37,423 nt of DNA from positions 1-37,423 of the IMG/VR virus record IMGVR_UViG_3300006118_000020; one strand, 5' to 3'. The stretch's first letter is position 1, and the number at the start of each line of letters is the position of its first letter. This stretch comes from a virus (lineage: Duplodnaviria > Caudoviricetes). The translations under genes were made by a program, and so were the position numbers. Positions 27,804 to 36,998 of this stretch are shown here, one piece after another. The notes beneath the pieces are model-generated. The model saw nothing but the letters and a program-made list of their open reading frames with translations, was not told the origin of the DNA and searched no databases.

Positions 27804-28367
27804 TTAGCCTGTTCTGTTTGGATATGGTACTGCAACTGGGATAGGCAACTTCCCACCTGGAAAACAAACATATTCTGGGTATTCTTGCTGTACTACACGA
27901 TAGAATTGTGCTTTCAATGTTCTATCTTGTTTAATAGCATTCCAGGGCATTCCGCCAAAGTATTGGTCTGAAATACGAACAGAGATAACCATTGGTAACT
28001 CCATCCATTTATATCCTAATGTTCCATCAGGCATTAGTGGTGCCAATGGATCAGGGATACCTGCTTCAGCCATTAATCTATAATCACGAACATGTTGCTT
28101 AATAGCTTCAGTGTTCATCTGTTCACGAGTGATGTAGAATTTACCGTCTTGTCTACCAGTTGTAACTTTAATATTGTTACCTCTGTTCCAATCAGTTCTT
28201 TTCCAATCACCTTTCATTGAGTTGTATAATTCGTTGTTATTACGCAACAATCTATCAGCAACTCCATTATCTTCAGTAACCATTCCACCATGATCTTGTC
28301 TCCAATAATTATGGTTTTTCTCTGGGTCCTTATCGTCTAAGTATTCGGGTTTATCTATGTCATTCAT
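27804..28367 (-). CDS. Conserved-type head-associated hypothetical protein
   Basis: 187 aa between capsid and adaptor; ATG 5 nt after ATAAATA with no SD (leaderless). Confidence 0.7.
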   Translation of the reverse strand: MNDIDKPEYLDDKDPEKNHNYWRQDHGGMVTEDNGVADRLLRNNNELYNSMKGDWKRTDWNRGNNIKVTTGRQDGKFYITREQMNTEAIKQHVRDYRLMAEAGIPDPLAPLMPDGTLGYKWMELPMVISVRISDQYFGGMPWNAIKQDRTLKAQFYRVVQQEYPEYVCFPGGKLPIPVAVPYPNRTG

Positions 28368-28385
28368 AATTGTATTTATCAATAG

Positions 28386-28411
28386 AAAAAGGGGCCCGAA
28401 GACCCCTTTTT
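28386..28411 (-). terminator. Intrinsic terminator with C(UUCG)G loop
   Basis: Minus strand reads AAAAAGGGGTC-TTCG-GGCCCCTTTTT. Confidence 0.85.
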
Positions 28412-28414
28412 GTG

Positions 28415-28534
28415 TTAACCTTTATATTTTAACATAATTTTTAGAATAAATCGTTGCCACCAATTATATTGTTTAGCTTTACTAAGAATAGTTTTAATTT
28501 GATTATCTAATTCTTGCTCATTTGGATGTTTCAT
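28415..28534 (-). CDS. 39-aa moron peptide MKHPNEQELDNQIKTILSKAKQYNWWQRFILKIMLKYKG (not in ORF track)
   Basis: SD AAGGA, own promoter and flanking terminators. Confidence 0.6.
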   Translation of the reverse strand: MKHPNEQELDNQIKTILSKAKQYNWWQRFILKIMLKYKG

Positions 28535-28550
28535 TTCATTTCCTTGTATT

Positions 28551-28572
28551 AAAAAGCCCTTTCGGGCTTTTT
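28551..28572 (-). promoter_or_regulatory. Leader hairpin AAAAAGCCC-GAAA-GGGCTTTTT (attenuator or boxB-like)
   Basis: Perfect inverted repeat between the promoter and the SD of the moron ORF. Confidence 0.65.
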
Positions 28573-28590
28573 ATTTATTACCGTATTAGT

Positions 28591-28619
28591 ATTATATAGG
28601 ATTAGCGTTTGTTATACAA
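28591..28619 (-). promoter_or_regulatory. sigma70 promoter TTGTAT-N17-TATAAT
   Basis: -35 box at 28619-28614, -10 box at 28596-28591, 17-nt spacer. Confidence 0.75.
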
Positions 28620-28630
28620 GTATAAAGGGT

Positions 28631-28654
28631 AAAAAAGGCTCCGAAGAGCCTTTT
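28631..28654 (-). terminator. Capsid-gene intrinsic terminator with C(UUCG)G loop
   Basis: Minus strand reads AAAAGGCTC-TTCG-GAGCCTTTTTT, ~20 nt after the capsid stop. Confidence 0.9.
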
Positions 28655-28675
28655 ATGAACTAATCTTCTTTACGA

Positions 28676-29848
28676 TTAATATGTGCTACCAGCACCAGTA
28701 TTAGTACGAGATACCAAGACAGATGGACGAGCACCTGGCAAGTTAGCTTGTTGATCTGTACCGGCTTTGATGTTGTTTAGAACACCAACGCCTGCTGGGT
28801 TACGAACGATCAATGTACCTTCCATGATGAACTGATCCAAACTAGCATCAGCATTACTGAATACTTCGTTGTTAGGACCTAGATCACGCAATGAACCCCA
28901 TTGTACAACATCTTCGTTTAAGAAATAGATGCTGTTACTTACACCAGACTGATCCATGATCCAAGAATCAAAGATTTCGTATGAGTAATTGAAGTCACCT
29001 TCGTAAGTAGCGATTGTGTCACCACGCTCACTGTTTACGCGGTTGATACCACGAGATTGTGCGATGTTATCGCTGATGCTTGTACGCAATGATGTTGGAG
29101 CAACAACAGTACGAATCTTAGCATTATAGCGTTGTTCAGCAACAGTTACCAATTGCTTGTACAATGCTGGGCTAAACAATTGGTTAGTGAAAGTACCTGT
29201 GTAGAAGTTACTACCATTTGCACTGATTGCAAATGTGTTAGTTTGTTCACTAGCACTATCGCTAGACTCATCGTTTGTCCATGTGTTCAATCCACTCAAT
29301 GTACCACTAGTAGTATTGTATGATTGTGTACCAGCGAATGAAGCTAGTGAACCCATACGACGGCCAGTTTGACCACTTGGTAGACCACTTGCAGAACCAG
29401 ATTGTCCACCGTATTTTGTACCGATTTGGTCAGCACGAACTAGTTGTGATTCAACATCAAACATCAATTCAATCAATTGCTTGACTTCTTGATATGCTTG
29501 AGGATCACCACCAGATTGCATAACTGCACGAGCTGTTCCAGATGCAGCAATAACTGTACTGAAAATTTGTGTGTAGTTACCTAAGTTGTAACGACTATTT
29601 GACTCAGCTTGTGAAGTTGCAACTGTAGCACCTTCAACTTGAGCTTGAACTGCAGGCAAGCGATAAACATCGTCTGTCCACAATGGTAAAGTACTGTTAA
29701 CTTTACGCTTTTTGCTCATTGCCATGTTCAATACAGGCGTATCATCTTTCACACGATTAGACACATCCAGGTCTAAGTCTTTGACAACGATATCTGCGCC
29801 ATAAGCTGTTGTACCGTTACCAATTTGGGATGTCGTAATTTCTGCCAT
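28676..29848 (-). CDS. Major capsid protein (DUF5309/SU10-like)
   Basis: 390 aa after the scaffold; DTPVL, WTDD, EGA, NYTQIF...SGTA, RRMG and EGTLIVRNP motifs; strong SD AAGGAG; terminator follows. Confidence 0.9.
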   Translation of the reverse strand: MAEITTSQIGNGTTAYGADIVVKDLDLDVSNRVKDDTPVLNMAMSKKRKVNSTLPLWTDDVYRLPAVQAQVEGATVATSQAESNSRYNLGNYTQIFSTVIAASGTARAVMQSGGDPQAYQEVKQLIELMFDVESQLVRADQIGTKYGGQSGSASGLPSGQTGRRMGSLASFAGTQSYNTTSGTLSGLNTWTNDESSDSASEQTNTFAISANGSNFYTGTFTNQLFSPALYKQLVTVAEQRYNAKIRTVVAPTSLRTSISDNIAQSRGINRVNSERGDTIATYEGDFNYSYEIFDSWIMDQSGVSNSIYFLNEDVVQWGSLRDLGPNNEVFSNADASLDQFIMEGTLIVRNPAGVGVLNNIKAGTDQQANLPGARPSVLVSRTNTGAGSTY

Positions 29849-29879
29849 TTTATTCTCCTTATGAATTTATTTTAGGCTA

Positions 29880-31037
29880 TTATCTTCCCCCTCTTGAGGC
29901 TCTAATTTTATTTAGTTGCGCCATCAAAAGGTTGTCTGCGGCTTTCTTATCACCGCTCTTGGCTTGTTCACGAAGTTTGGAAATATCATCTCCACTACCA
30001 CGACTACTACTTGAACTATTGCGTCTTTGAGTTAATGCAGCCATACTAGACCCAGCAGGTTTAGTAGTTGGCTTATCTCTATAGCGTAACCCATCTCTGA
30101 CTAAGCTCATTAATGCTTCATCACTTGAGATCAAGTCAATATTTGGAATTCCAGGTACAACTTCTGTTTTAGCATCAGGCCAAATCTTAGCAACTTTATC
30201 TCTAATTTCGTTATAGACATATTCGTTTTTTAACTCTTTGTCCTTAAAATTTTTACGAGTAGCTTCTAATACTTGACTCACTTGCTGTTTACGAATGTTC
30301 CTGAACTCATCAACCGCAGGCTTTAGTGATCCTATAGTCTGTTGTTGTTGACGAATATACTGTTCATTTTGTTGCATACTTGCTTGAATCCTTGCAATTG
30401 TTGCTGGATCATTAGTTTGTTGCAACTGTTGTTGAAAAGTCGTTTGATATTGTTGAGTTTTATAAATCTCATCATACGCCTGTTTCATTTGTGGCTGAAT
30501 AGTAAATTCCATCGCAAGAGTTAACCCCTCTTGACGATTGCGAGTTTCTTTGAGATACTCATCAAACTCGGCTCGTTCAATTTTCAATTGTCGTGCGTCT
30601 TCGCTGATCGCTGCACCTTGACCTAATATACTAGCTGCCTTTTTAGCATCAATTACAACTTCTTTACCATTACGCATAAACTTGAACTTAGCGTTCGGAT
30701 TAGTTTCTGCAAAGTCTAAGAAATCAATAAGTTCTTCTGTTGTTGAATCAGTACTATCAGCAGTTACCTCTTCAGGGCTGTCTGTTTCTTGATTTGGCTC
30801 GTCAATATATTTGTTCTCTGGTTCAGAGATTTCTGGTCCATCATCTGGCGCCACAGGGCTTGAAGTTTCTGCCGATTCTTCACTACCTGTCTCAGTCTGT
30901 TCAGTAGCACGAATTTGATTACGCAGTGTGTGTTCACGCATTGCGGTCATTTTAGCAGCTATGGAGTCTAAACTAGGGACTGCATTTGTTTCAGGTGCCG
31001 CAGCAGTTGTGCTGTTAGGGCTGATATCATTTGTCAT
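29880..31037 (-). CDS. Capsid scaffolding protein
   Basis: Acidic N-terminus, KFMRNGKEVVI motif, long coiled coil, basic C-terminus; lies between portal and capsid. Confidence 0.8.
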   Translation of the reverse strand: MTNDISPNSTTAAAPETNAVPSLDSIAAKMTAMREHTLRNQIRATEQTETGSEESAETSSPVAPDDGPEISEPENKYIDEPNQETDSPEEVTADSTDSTTEELIDFLDFAETNPNAKFKFMRNGKEVVIDAKKAASILGQGAAISEDARQLKIERAEFDEYLKETRNRQEGLTLAMEFTIQPQMKQAYDEIYKTQQYQTTFQQQLQQTNDPATIARIQASMQQNEQYIRQQQQTIGSLKPAVDEFRNIRKQQVSQVLEATRKNFKDKELKNEYVYNEIRDKVAKIWPDAKTEVVPGIPNIDLISSDEALMSLVRDGLRYRDKPTTKPAGSSMAALTQRRNSSSSSRGSGDDISKLREQAKSGDKKAADNLLMAQLNKIRASRGGR

Positions 31038-31049
31038 TTAATTTTCCTT

Positions 31050-31391
31050 TTATTCAGGTTGGGCGAAATTCTCGTTACCTACCTTGTTTCTAATGTAAAC
31101 AGCTTTTTTAAGGCTGTTCACAAAACTGTCTATGCCAGCGAGTTGGTTACTTAACGCAACTCGTTCTGCATTATCTTCTGGTTGATGTCCTCTAATATTA
31201 GCAAGACTATCAGCCAGTTCAAATTTGTAATGATGAACAAACATCGCAAAATCTCTGTTCTTCAATAAGTTTTCTGCTTGGCTACCATAACTCCTAATCT
31301 TATCTTTCTGACTAGGAGTTAATTTAGTAATATTGGTATAATCAAGAGTTAGTCTACTGTTGAAAAATTCAACACTATTGTCGTCAATCAT
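31050..31391 (-). CDS. Small head-morphogenesis protein downstream of portal
   Basis: 113 aa, helical (AENLLKNRDF); syntenic position. Confidence 0.65.
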   Translation of the reverse strand: MIDDNSVEFFNSRLTLDYTNITKLTPSQKDKIRSYGSQAENLLKNRDFAMFVHHYKFELADSLANIRGHQPEDNAERVALSNQLAGIDSFVNSLKKAVYIRNKVGNENFAQPE

Positions 31392-31429
31392 TTCATTTCC
31401 TTAACCTATTATGTATTTATCAATTAAAA

Positions 31430-33715
31430 TTAACGATATACTTTAGGATTTCCTGCAGCCATTGCCATGTAGTCTAACTGTGTTCCAGCATCTTGTCCTG
31501 CAACTTGAAGTTTAACTTCCTGTGCTTTAACTTGATTCAATTGAGCTTGACTCAAATCTTTCTGTTCAGCAGGAGTTGGTTGTCGTTGTGCAGCAGCTTG
31601 TTGACCCTGTTTAATCATTTGTACAACTTCGTCATCAGTTGGCAAATAAACATCACAATCTTTGATACCCAAAACATACAATGTGTCAGCAAATGGTTTC
31701 TTAACTTTCTTATACATTTCTGGTGTCAATGTTCCTTGTTGGACCATACCTTGAACCATAGTATATAAGTCAGTTTGACATTTCTGAATAACTTGTAATC
31801 GTGCTAATGCGTTTTCTTCACTCATCATACCTAATGCTAGTTCCAAATGAACTTGTTTTCTATCACAAAAGTTCATATCGTCCCATGCATTGTAATCTAA
31901 GAATTCAGGCTTCTTGTCTGGATTAAATTTTTGTGCTAATTTCTTAACACCATAATCATCGCCATACTGAATTAATGTACGCCATACCAACCAAATAGCT
32001 TCACGCAATCCTTCTGCTGCATTACGCACACAGTTATCTTGAATCAATTGGTTAGGTGAAAGAGCAAGTTGTAGTTTAGCACCACTATTACCTTCAGCCA
32101 TAATTTCTGGATTGAACACATCTTGTGGAGTGGTCATACCAACCATAGCCATTGTATCTTGTTGGATACGATTCATAGCTGCTTCTAAGAATTGCAAGTT
32201 ACCACTAGGAGGAGGAATTTGGTAGATGTCCTTTGCAGGATCAAATTTACTATCTAAAATAAAGATAGCACTTTCGCCGTCTTGAATCATTTCAAAGTCT
32301 AGTTTGTCGGGTTTAACCCCGATTCTTGGTGTTGCGGTTAATAGACCTAGTTGAATCTCAGCACGGGCTGCACTTGTATTATACTCTTGCATTGGAATCA
32401 CAGATTCAGCAATACTCATACCATAGAAGTTACCTGGTAATGGTTTTGGACACATATTAGCAACAGGAATAAACTCTACTTCTCTTGCACTAATAATATA
32501 TTGACCACTATAAATGATTTCAACTAATTCAAGTTCACCATCACCATCAATGTCATACTTGTTCCATACTGTAACAACACTAACCATTCTACTATCTGGA
32601 TCAGCACTTGCAGCACTAGAAACAGGCACACCCATAACAGGTACACTATCACGAGCGTGAATAGCTAAGTTGTTTAATACACTACCTGCTTGATAAGCAC
32701 CATTCATATTGTATTCAGCGAATTCTTCAAATTCTTCTAAATCAATACCTGGATATAGTTCTGTTGCTTCTTGAATTGTCATTGGATCATAGTAACCACA
32801 GAAAGGTTGATCTTTCATCTCTGGCACTGTAGGATCACAAATCCAAAAGTGTTGTGCAATAGGATGAAACTTAATGTTAATGTTGTAACCAGTCAATTTA
32901 TATTTTGCTGAGTAAACACTGTTGCGTTTAATTGCATCATTCAAAATTTCTTGTTCACCATCATATAACTCTGTGTTCATACCTGACATGTCGCCAGCCA
33001 TGTTTTGAGTTAAGTCATCTTCATTGTCATGTTCTTTAAGTTTGTTAACAAAGTTTTCAATAACACCATCAGCAGTTTGAACTCGTTGCTGACTTGTTTG
33101 GTGTTGTACTTCTGCTAAAACTTTTGCTAAATTAATATCAATGCGTCTACGACTTTGACGCAATGCTGTAAGACCTGCATCTGCTGCTTGTTGTTCAAAT
33201 GCTTTTAGTTGGTCTAATGTACCTTGTGTTTCAACATAACGGGTGATTTGTTCACGAACTGGCTTAATCATCATCATGCCGTTTTTGTGCATACAAGCGT
33301 CCATAATCCAACGCTCTAATATAAAATGTGGATCATTCATTTCATTGACAACACGACTGACCATTTCAGTTGCTTGTCGTGCTGCTTCTTCATCATCTTC
33401 ATTGTCCGCAACAAATTCAAAATTGATTTCGCCTGCGGGCATTAATCCTTTAGCGATAACAGCAGTTGCGTAATCCACAACGGGCTTGACACTAGGATGA
33501 ATGTAATCAATACCATTGACAGGGGCAGTACTATCAGTAACAGCAAGACATAGGTAATGGTAATCTGAGGCTCTGTTGACGGCATTTTTTGTCCCCAAGT
33601 AACGAAGATACGACGCCATTTTCGTATCCATCTGATTTTTCATCTTTACGAATCTAGCATTTGTACTTTTATTTTTATTGATATCCCTTACTGGGATGTT
33701 CTTTATATCCAACAT
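31430..33715 (-). CDS. Portal protein (P22-like)
   Basis: 761 aa after terL; EDDEEAARQAT, YDIDGDGELE, PLPGNFYGMS and Gln-rich C-terminal barrel. Confidence 0.9.
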   Translation of the reverse strand: MLDIKNIPVRDINKNKSTNARFVKMKNQMDTKMASYLRYLGTKNAVNRASDYHYLCLAVTDSTAPVNGIDYIHPSVKPVVDYATAVIAKGLMPAGEINFEFVADNEDDEEAARQATEMVSRVVNEMNDPHFILERWIMDACMHKNGMMMIKPVREQITRYVETQGTLDQLKAFEQQAADAGLTALRQSRRRIDINLAKVLAEVQHQTSQQRVQTADGVIENFVNKLKEHDNEDDLTQNMAGDMSGMNTELYDGEQEILNDAIKRNSVYSAKYKLTGYNINIKFHPIAQHFWICDPTVPEMKDQPFCGYYDPMTIQEATELYPGIDLEEFEEFAEYNMNGAYQAGSVLNNLAIHARDSVPVMGVPVSSAASADPDSRMVSVVTVWNKYDIDGDGELELVEIIYSGQYIISAREVEFIPVANMCPKPLPGNFYGMSIAESVIPMQEYNTSAARAEIQLGLLTATPRIGVKPDKLDFEMIQDGESAIFILDSKFDPAKDIYQIPPPSGNLQFLEAAMNRIQQDTMAMVGMTTPQDVFNPEIMAEGNSGAKLQLALSPNQLIQDNCVRNAAEGLREAIWLVWRTLIQYGDDYGVKKLAQKFNPDKKPEFLDYNAWDDMNFCDRKQVHLELALGMMSEENALARLQVIQKCQTDLYTMVQGMVQQGTLTPEMYKKVKKPFADTLYVLGIKDCDVYLPTDDEVVQMIKQGQQAAAQRQPTPAEQKDLSQAQLNQVKAQEVKLQVAGQDAGTQLDYMAMAAGNPKVYR

Positions 33716-33740
33716 GTTGTGGTTAACCTTATGTTATTAG

Positions 33741-33881
33741 TTATTTATTCTTTTTAGATTCGTCACTTTGCTGGGACTTTTTTTCTTCTTTGACATCTTT
33801 TTTGCCAAAGATTTTGTCCCAGTTACTACTAAATTGTTCTTTTGGAATCTCAATTGGTCTAGCTCTACTTCCTTTTCCCAT
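33741..33881 (-). CDS. Small protein MGKGSRARPIEIPKEQFSSNWDKIFGKK... (46 aa; not in ORF track)
   Basis: Translated by hand; SD AGGAG; GKGS.xRP...NWD.IF is a common small phage protein type. Confidence 0.75.
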   Translation of the reverse strand: MGKGSRARPIEIPKEQFSSNWDKIFGKKDVKEEKKSQQSDESKKNK

Positions 33882-33893
33882 ATATTCTCCTAA

Positions 33894-35504
33894 TTAGCTT
33901 GGGTCATACGCTTGTTTCCAAGCTGGTTTATGACTATAATCCCTAGTAATATATCTATCTCGTTGTGCTCTCATTCGTTGAGCAGGAGTACGATTGTCCC
34001 AAGGTTCTGCAATATTATTTAATATTCCTAAAATACCATAACGACAGCTATCAATGCAATCGTCAGGATCACTAAAGCGTCCCTTTTCATCAACGAAATA
34101 GTTCTGTGCTTCACTTAAAAAATGTGTACAATTTTCATTAATCATTAAACTACCAACTTCTAACATCTGACGCATTTGGTTGATACCATATGCTTTGTGG
34201 TTAGTTACCCTACCCTGACTATCAGGTGGATTCATTATTGGCTTTTCGTAAACATTAAGTTCATAATTCTCAAACAACTCTCGTATACTACTACTGGACA
34301 TTGTGTATCTTCCAGGTGAACTAGCATCCGATGGTAAAACGATAGGCGTTCCAAATACTTCGGGTCTGAGAAGGTGATTGATATATTGAGTTGGTACGGC
34401 TTCTTCAGTACCTTGTATAACAATCTGCTTATGTAAATATGCAGTTCTTTCATGTGGTTCCCAATACATTAAACTGATAACAGTTTTATCATTTACAAGT
34501 CCTAAGTCAAGCGCAATGATTCTATGAATATTATTCATTTCCTCAAAGTTGTAATCGCCAGTTTTGTATGTGGGCCAATTACTCAATTGGAACACAGCAC
34601 CTTTACCCATAACAGGTTTACCTGCGATACGAGCTTCACGCTCATGTGGTAAGTAATCTCGTTCTAATTGTCTACGAGTTTCCATTAGTAAGAATGGTTG
34701 ATTCCATGGATCATACTCAGGTACATCATCCCAACTTACACGAATATACTCGTATCCTTCTTCCCTGTTCCAGAACTTACTTACTAGACCATTCAAGCCT
34801 TTTAATGGCGTGAAAGAGCATAATACTTTACCTTGCGTTGTAGCAGTACGAGTAACAATTTCACTAAAGAAATCATCTGGTGGCTGCTCATCAAACACAG
34901 CTAAGTTTAACTTGAAACCTTGAAGTTGTCTTACTTCCTGTGTATAGTTTGCGAATAGCAAATAACTTTTGGAACCTGACACATGTTTGATCTCAACTCC
35001 GATGCAATTAGCGCCGTCGTTACGCATAGTATCAGTAATAATACATTCTCTGGGAATTGCACCTGTGCCAATGTTCTCTGTTATTTTAATATCTTGCGTG
35101 CCTAGTAATTCATTTTGTAATACTAATGCAACCTGACTCCAGCCCTCACCTGCAACCATGCAAGTGATAGCTTGTTCAAAACGATAACCTTTCCACCAAT
35201 CAGGATATAATCCAGTAAGATGCATTGCTGTTTCATAGCAGGTACTAACTGTTTTACCAATACGGTTTGCAGCTAGAATACCTCTACGCTCACTAGTTCC
35301 AGTTTTGAAAAACTTTAACTGATGTTCAAAAGGTCTAAAGTATTTAAGCTGATTATAATGCATATCATCAGCCACACTAATGACCAAGTCCTCTAATTGC
35401 TTTTTAGCAGGACCTGGTAATATGTTCAAACTATCAGTTTTAAGTTTATACTTGTCAAGAACATATTTTAACGCTCTCGCCATTAGCGTTTCTGTTCCTA
35501 ACAT
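33894..35504 (-). CDS. terL: Terminase large subunit
   Basis: Walker A AANRIGKT, Walker B AVFDEQP, FTPLKG coupling motif, nuclease ALDLG and DDCIDSCRY. Confidence 0.95.
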   Translation of the reverse strand: MLGTETLMARALKYVLDKYKLKTDSLNILPGPAKKQLEDLVISVADDMHYNQLKYFRPFEHQLKFFKTGTSERRGILAANRIGKTVSTCYETAMHLTGLYPDWWKGYRFEQAITCMVAGEGWSQVALVLQNELLGTQDIKITENIGTGAIPRECIITDTMRNDGANCIGVEIKHVSGSKSYLLFANYTQEVRQLQGFKLNLAVFDEQPPDDFFSEIVTRTATTQGKVLCSFTPLKGLNGLVSKFWNREEGYEYIRVSWDDVPEYDPWNQPFLLMETRRQLERDYLPHEREARIAGKPVMGKGAVFQLSNWPTYKTGDYNFEEMNNIHRIIALDLGLVNDKTVISLMYWEPHERTAYLHKQIVIQGTEEAVPTQYINHLLRPEVFGTPIVLPSDASSPGRYTMSSSSIRELFENYELNVYEKPIMNPPDSQGRVTNHKAYGINQMRQMLEVGSLMINENCTHFLSEAQNYFVDEKGRFSDPDDCIDSCRYGILGILNNIAEPWDNRTPAQRMRAQRDRYITRDYSHKPAWKQAYDPS

Positions 35505-35845
35505 TATTCACTTTCTACTGGATAATGTTGGTTAATGATTGAAAGATAATATAATCCATGACATAAATCATGTATCTCGCTTGCAGTACATTTCCATGTT
35601 TCTGGATCACTTAAATCAGTTGGTTTATTTGTTAATATTGCCTGCAGTCTTTCAGCAGTCAATCTCATGCAATGTTCAACTTGACCAGGAAATCTTGTTT
35701 TGAAAGCATCACGATGAAGTTTGTTGACCTTTTGTAAAATGAGTGTATCTTTTACTTGTCGTTCTTGTGTTGCTTTATCAATTTCTTGGTCACGAGGTGT
35801 TCGCAATGGAACCTTGCGTTCATTTCCATCTTTATCTACTATCAT
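35504..35845 (-). CDS. Hypothetical protein directly upstream of terL (alternative TerS candidate)
   Basis: Coupled to both neighbours (ATGA at 35842-45, TAATG at 35504). Confidence 0.6.
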   Translation of the reverse strand: MIVDKDGNERKVPLRTPRDQEIDKATQERQVKDTLILQKVNKLHRDAFKTRFPGQVEHCMRLTAERLQAILTNKPTDLSDPETWKCTASEIHDLCHGLYYLSIINQHYPVESE

Positions 35846-36642
35846 TTTAGATCCCATGGGTTACTTGCAACACTGTCATTCAATGAAACAAATTCACGAT
35901 CAATCCATACTTCCCATTGATTAGTTTTGTTAACTTTGAATGTTTGCATAGTTGCACGAAGACGCTTACCTTGTTGTGTTAATGTGCCATCTTCACGCAT
36001 CAATACTTGTTCACCTGTGCGCGGATCAATCCATTTGATATATTCTGGACGAACACGACCATACTTGTCAATTTTTTCACCTTCAGGCTTTTGCTCTAAT
36101 GGTCCCATGATTTCATAGCTAATCATGCCATTGTTATATTTACGGAACATAACTTGAACCTTTTTGCCTTGTGCTCGTTGTTCTTCATCAGGGTGTGGGA
36201 TGAATGGACTATAGAAAGCATTTTGTTGTTGTTCTCTAGCAGGCAATGACTTGTCTCTTGCTGGTTCAGGCTTCAAGTCTTCTGTAGGAATTAATTCAGC
36301 TTTGTCAATATATGGGTTATTACCACCAATGTATTTACTATCAATGTCTTTACCATTGAGTACATCCATTGCTACTTGATACTTGACTTGGTTAGCACGA
36401 CCTTTCAAATTTAATGTGACACCTGTCTCATCAAATACAAATCGTTCTAAGTCTTTTGCTGTTGGAAAGTCAGTCATCAAACCTTCAATATCAAAGTCAG
36501 GATGACTAATTAATTTTGGTGATTGTGGTTTGTTTTTGGGAGTTTTGACTGGAGTAGTATCTTCTACTGTCTTTTTGAATTCTTCTTTTGCCTGTTCTGG
36601 CGTGTCCCAAATGTTTTCGGATGCTGCGTTTTGTTTTTTCAT
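35842..36642 (-). CDS. Hypothetical protein (266 aa)
   Basis: Likely start MKKQNA at 36642 with SD AAGGA. Confidence 0.75.
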   Translation of the reverse strand: MKKQNAASENIWDTPEQAKEEFKKTVEDTTPVKTPKNKPQSPKLISHPDFDIEGLMTDFPTAKDLERFVFDETGVTLNLKGRANQVKYQVAMDVLNGKDIDSKYIGGNNPYIDKAELIPTEDLKPEPARDKSLPAREQQQNAFYSPFIPHPDEEQRAQGKKVQVMFRKYNNGMISYEIMGPLEQKPEGEKIDKYGRVRPEYIKWIDPRTGEQVLMREDGTLTQQGKRLRATMQTFKVNKTNQWEVWIDREFVSLNDSVASNPWDLK

Positions 36643-36663
36643 TTCATTTCCTTTTCTATAAAC

Positions 36664-36688
36664 AAAGAGAAGCATTGTGCTTCTCTTT
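36664..36688 (-). terminator. 11-bp hairpin (terminator or leader hairpin)
   Basis: AAAGAGAAGCA-N3-TGCTTCTCTTT; ATAAATA abuts it at 36689-36695. Confidence 0.65.
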
Positions 36689-36701
36689 TATTTATCACAA
36701 A

Positions 36702-36986
36702 TTATTTTTTGTATTTGCTAGGTAGTCGTGAACCATCGCTTGTTGGATTACGCTTAGGTCCTGTATTAGAATGTAAACCTTCAAGTGCTGGCTTAGGTGT
36801 TGCAGCTTGACCGCGACCACGCATTTCTAATGCATCTGTTACCATTTTAGCTAACATGCCTTTTTCGCTAGAGCTATGTGCTTTTTCAGCAATAAACTCT
36901 TTGCGTTTTGTTGGGTTACCACCGTTACCAGTAGTAGGACCACGCTTTTGATTAATCTCTTTAGATTCTGGATTAGTTGATTTCAT
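36702..36986 (-). CDS. Basic, probably disordered hypothetical protein with an RGPTTGN motif
   Basis: 94 aa, SD AAGGA. Confidence 0.7.
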   Translation of the reverse strand: MKSTNPESKEINQKRGPTTGNGGNPTKRKEFIAEKAHSSSEKGMLAKMVTDALEMRGRGQAATPKPALEGLHSNTGPKRNPTSDGSRLPSKYKK

Positions 36987-36998
36987 TTTATTTCCTTA

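Noticed and set aside
31430-35504. Introns or inteins in terL or portal
   Set aside because: Both ORFs are continuous, of normal length, and show no intein splice motifs
2119-36695. TAAATA as an archaeal TATA box
   Set aside because: Several copies are 4-5 nt from the ATG rather than ~25 nt upstream of a start, and bacterial SD sites, sigma70 promoters and intrinsic terminators are present
78-36810. Numerous plus-strand and alternate-frame ORFs in the track (e.g. 78-371, 5833-6165, 8496-8846, 19013-19306, 16562-16777, 16676-16894)
   Set aside because: Shadow ORFs overlapping well-supported genes or structured non-coding DNA, without RBS support
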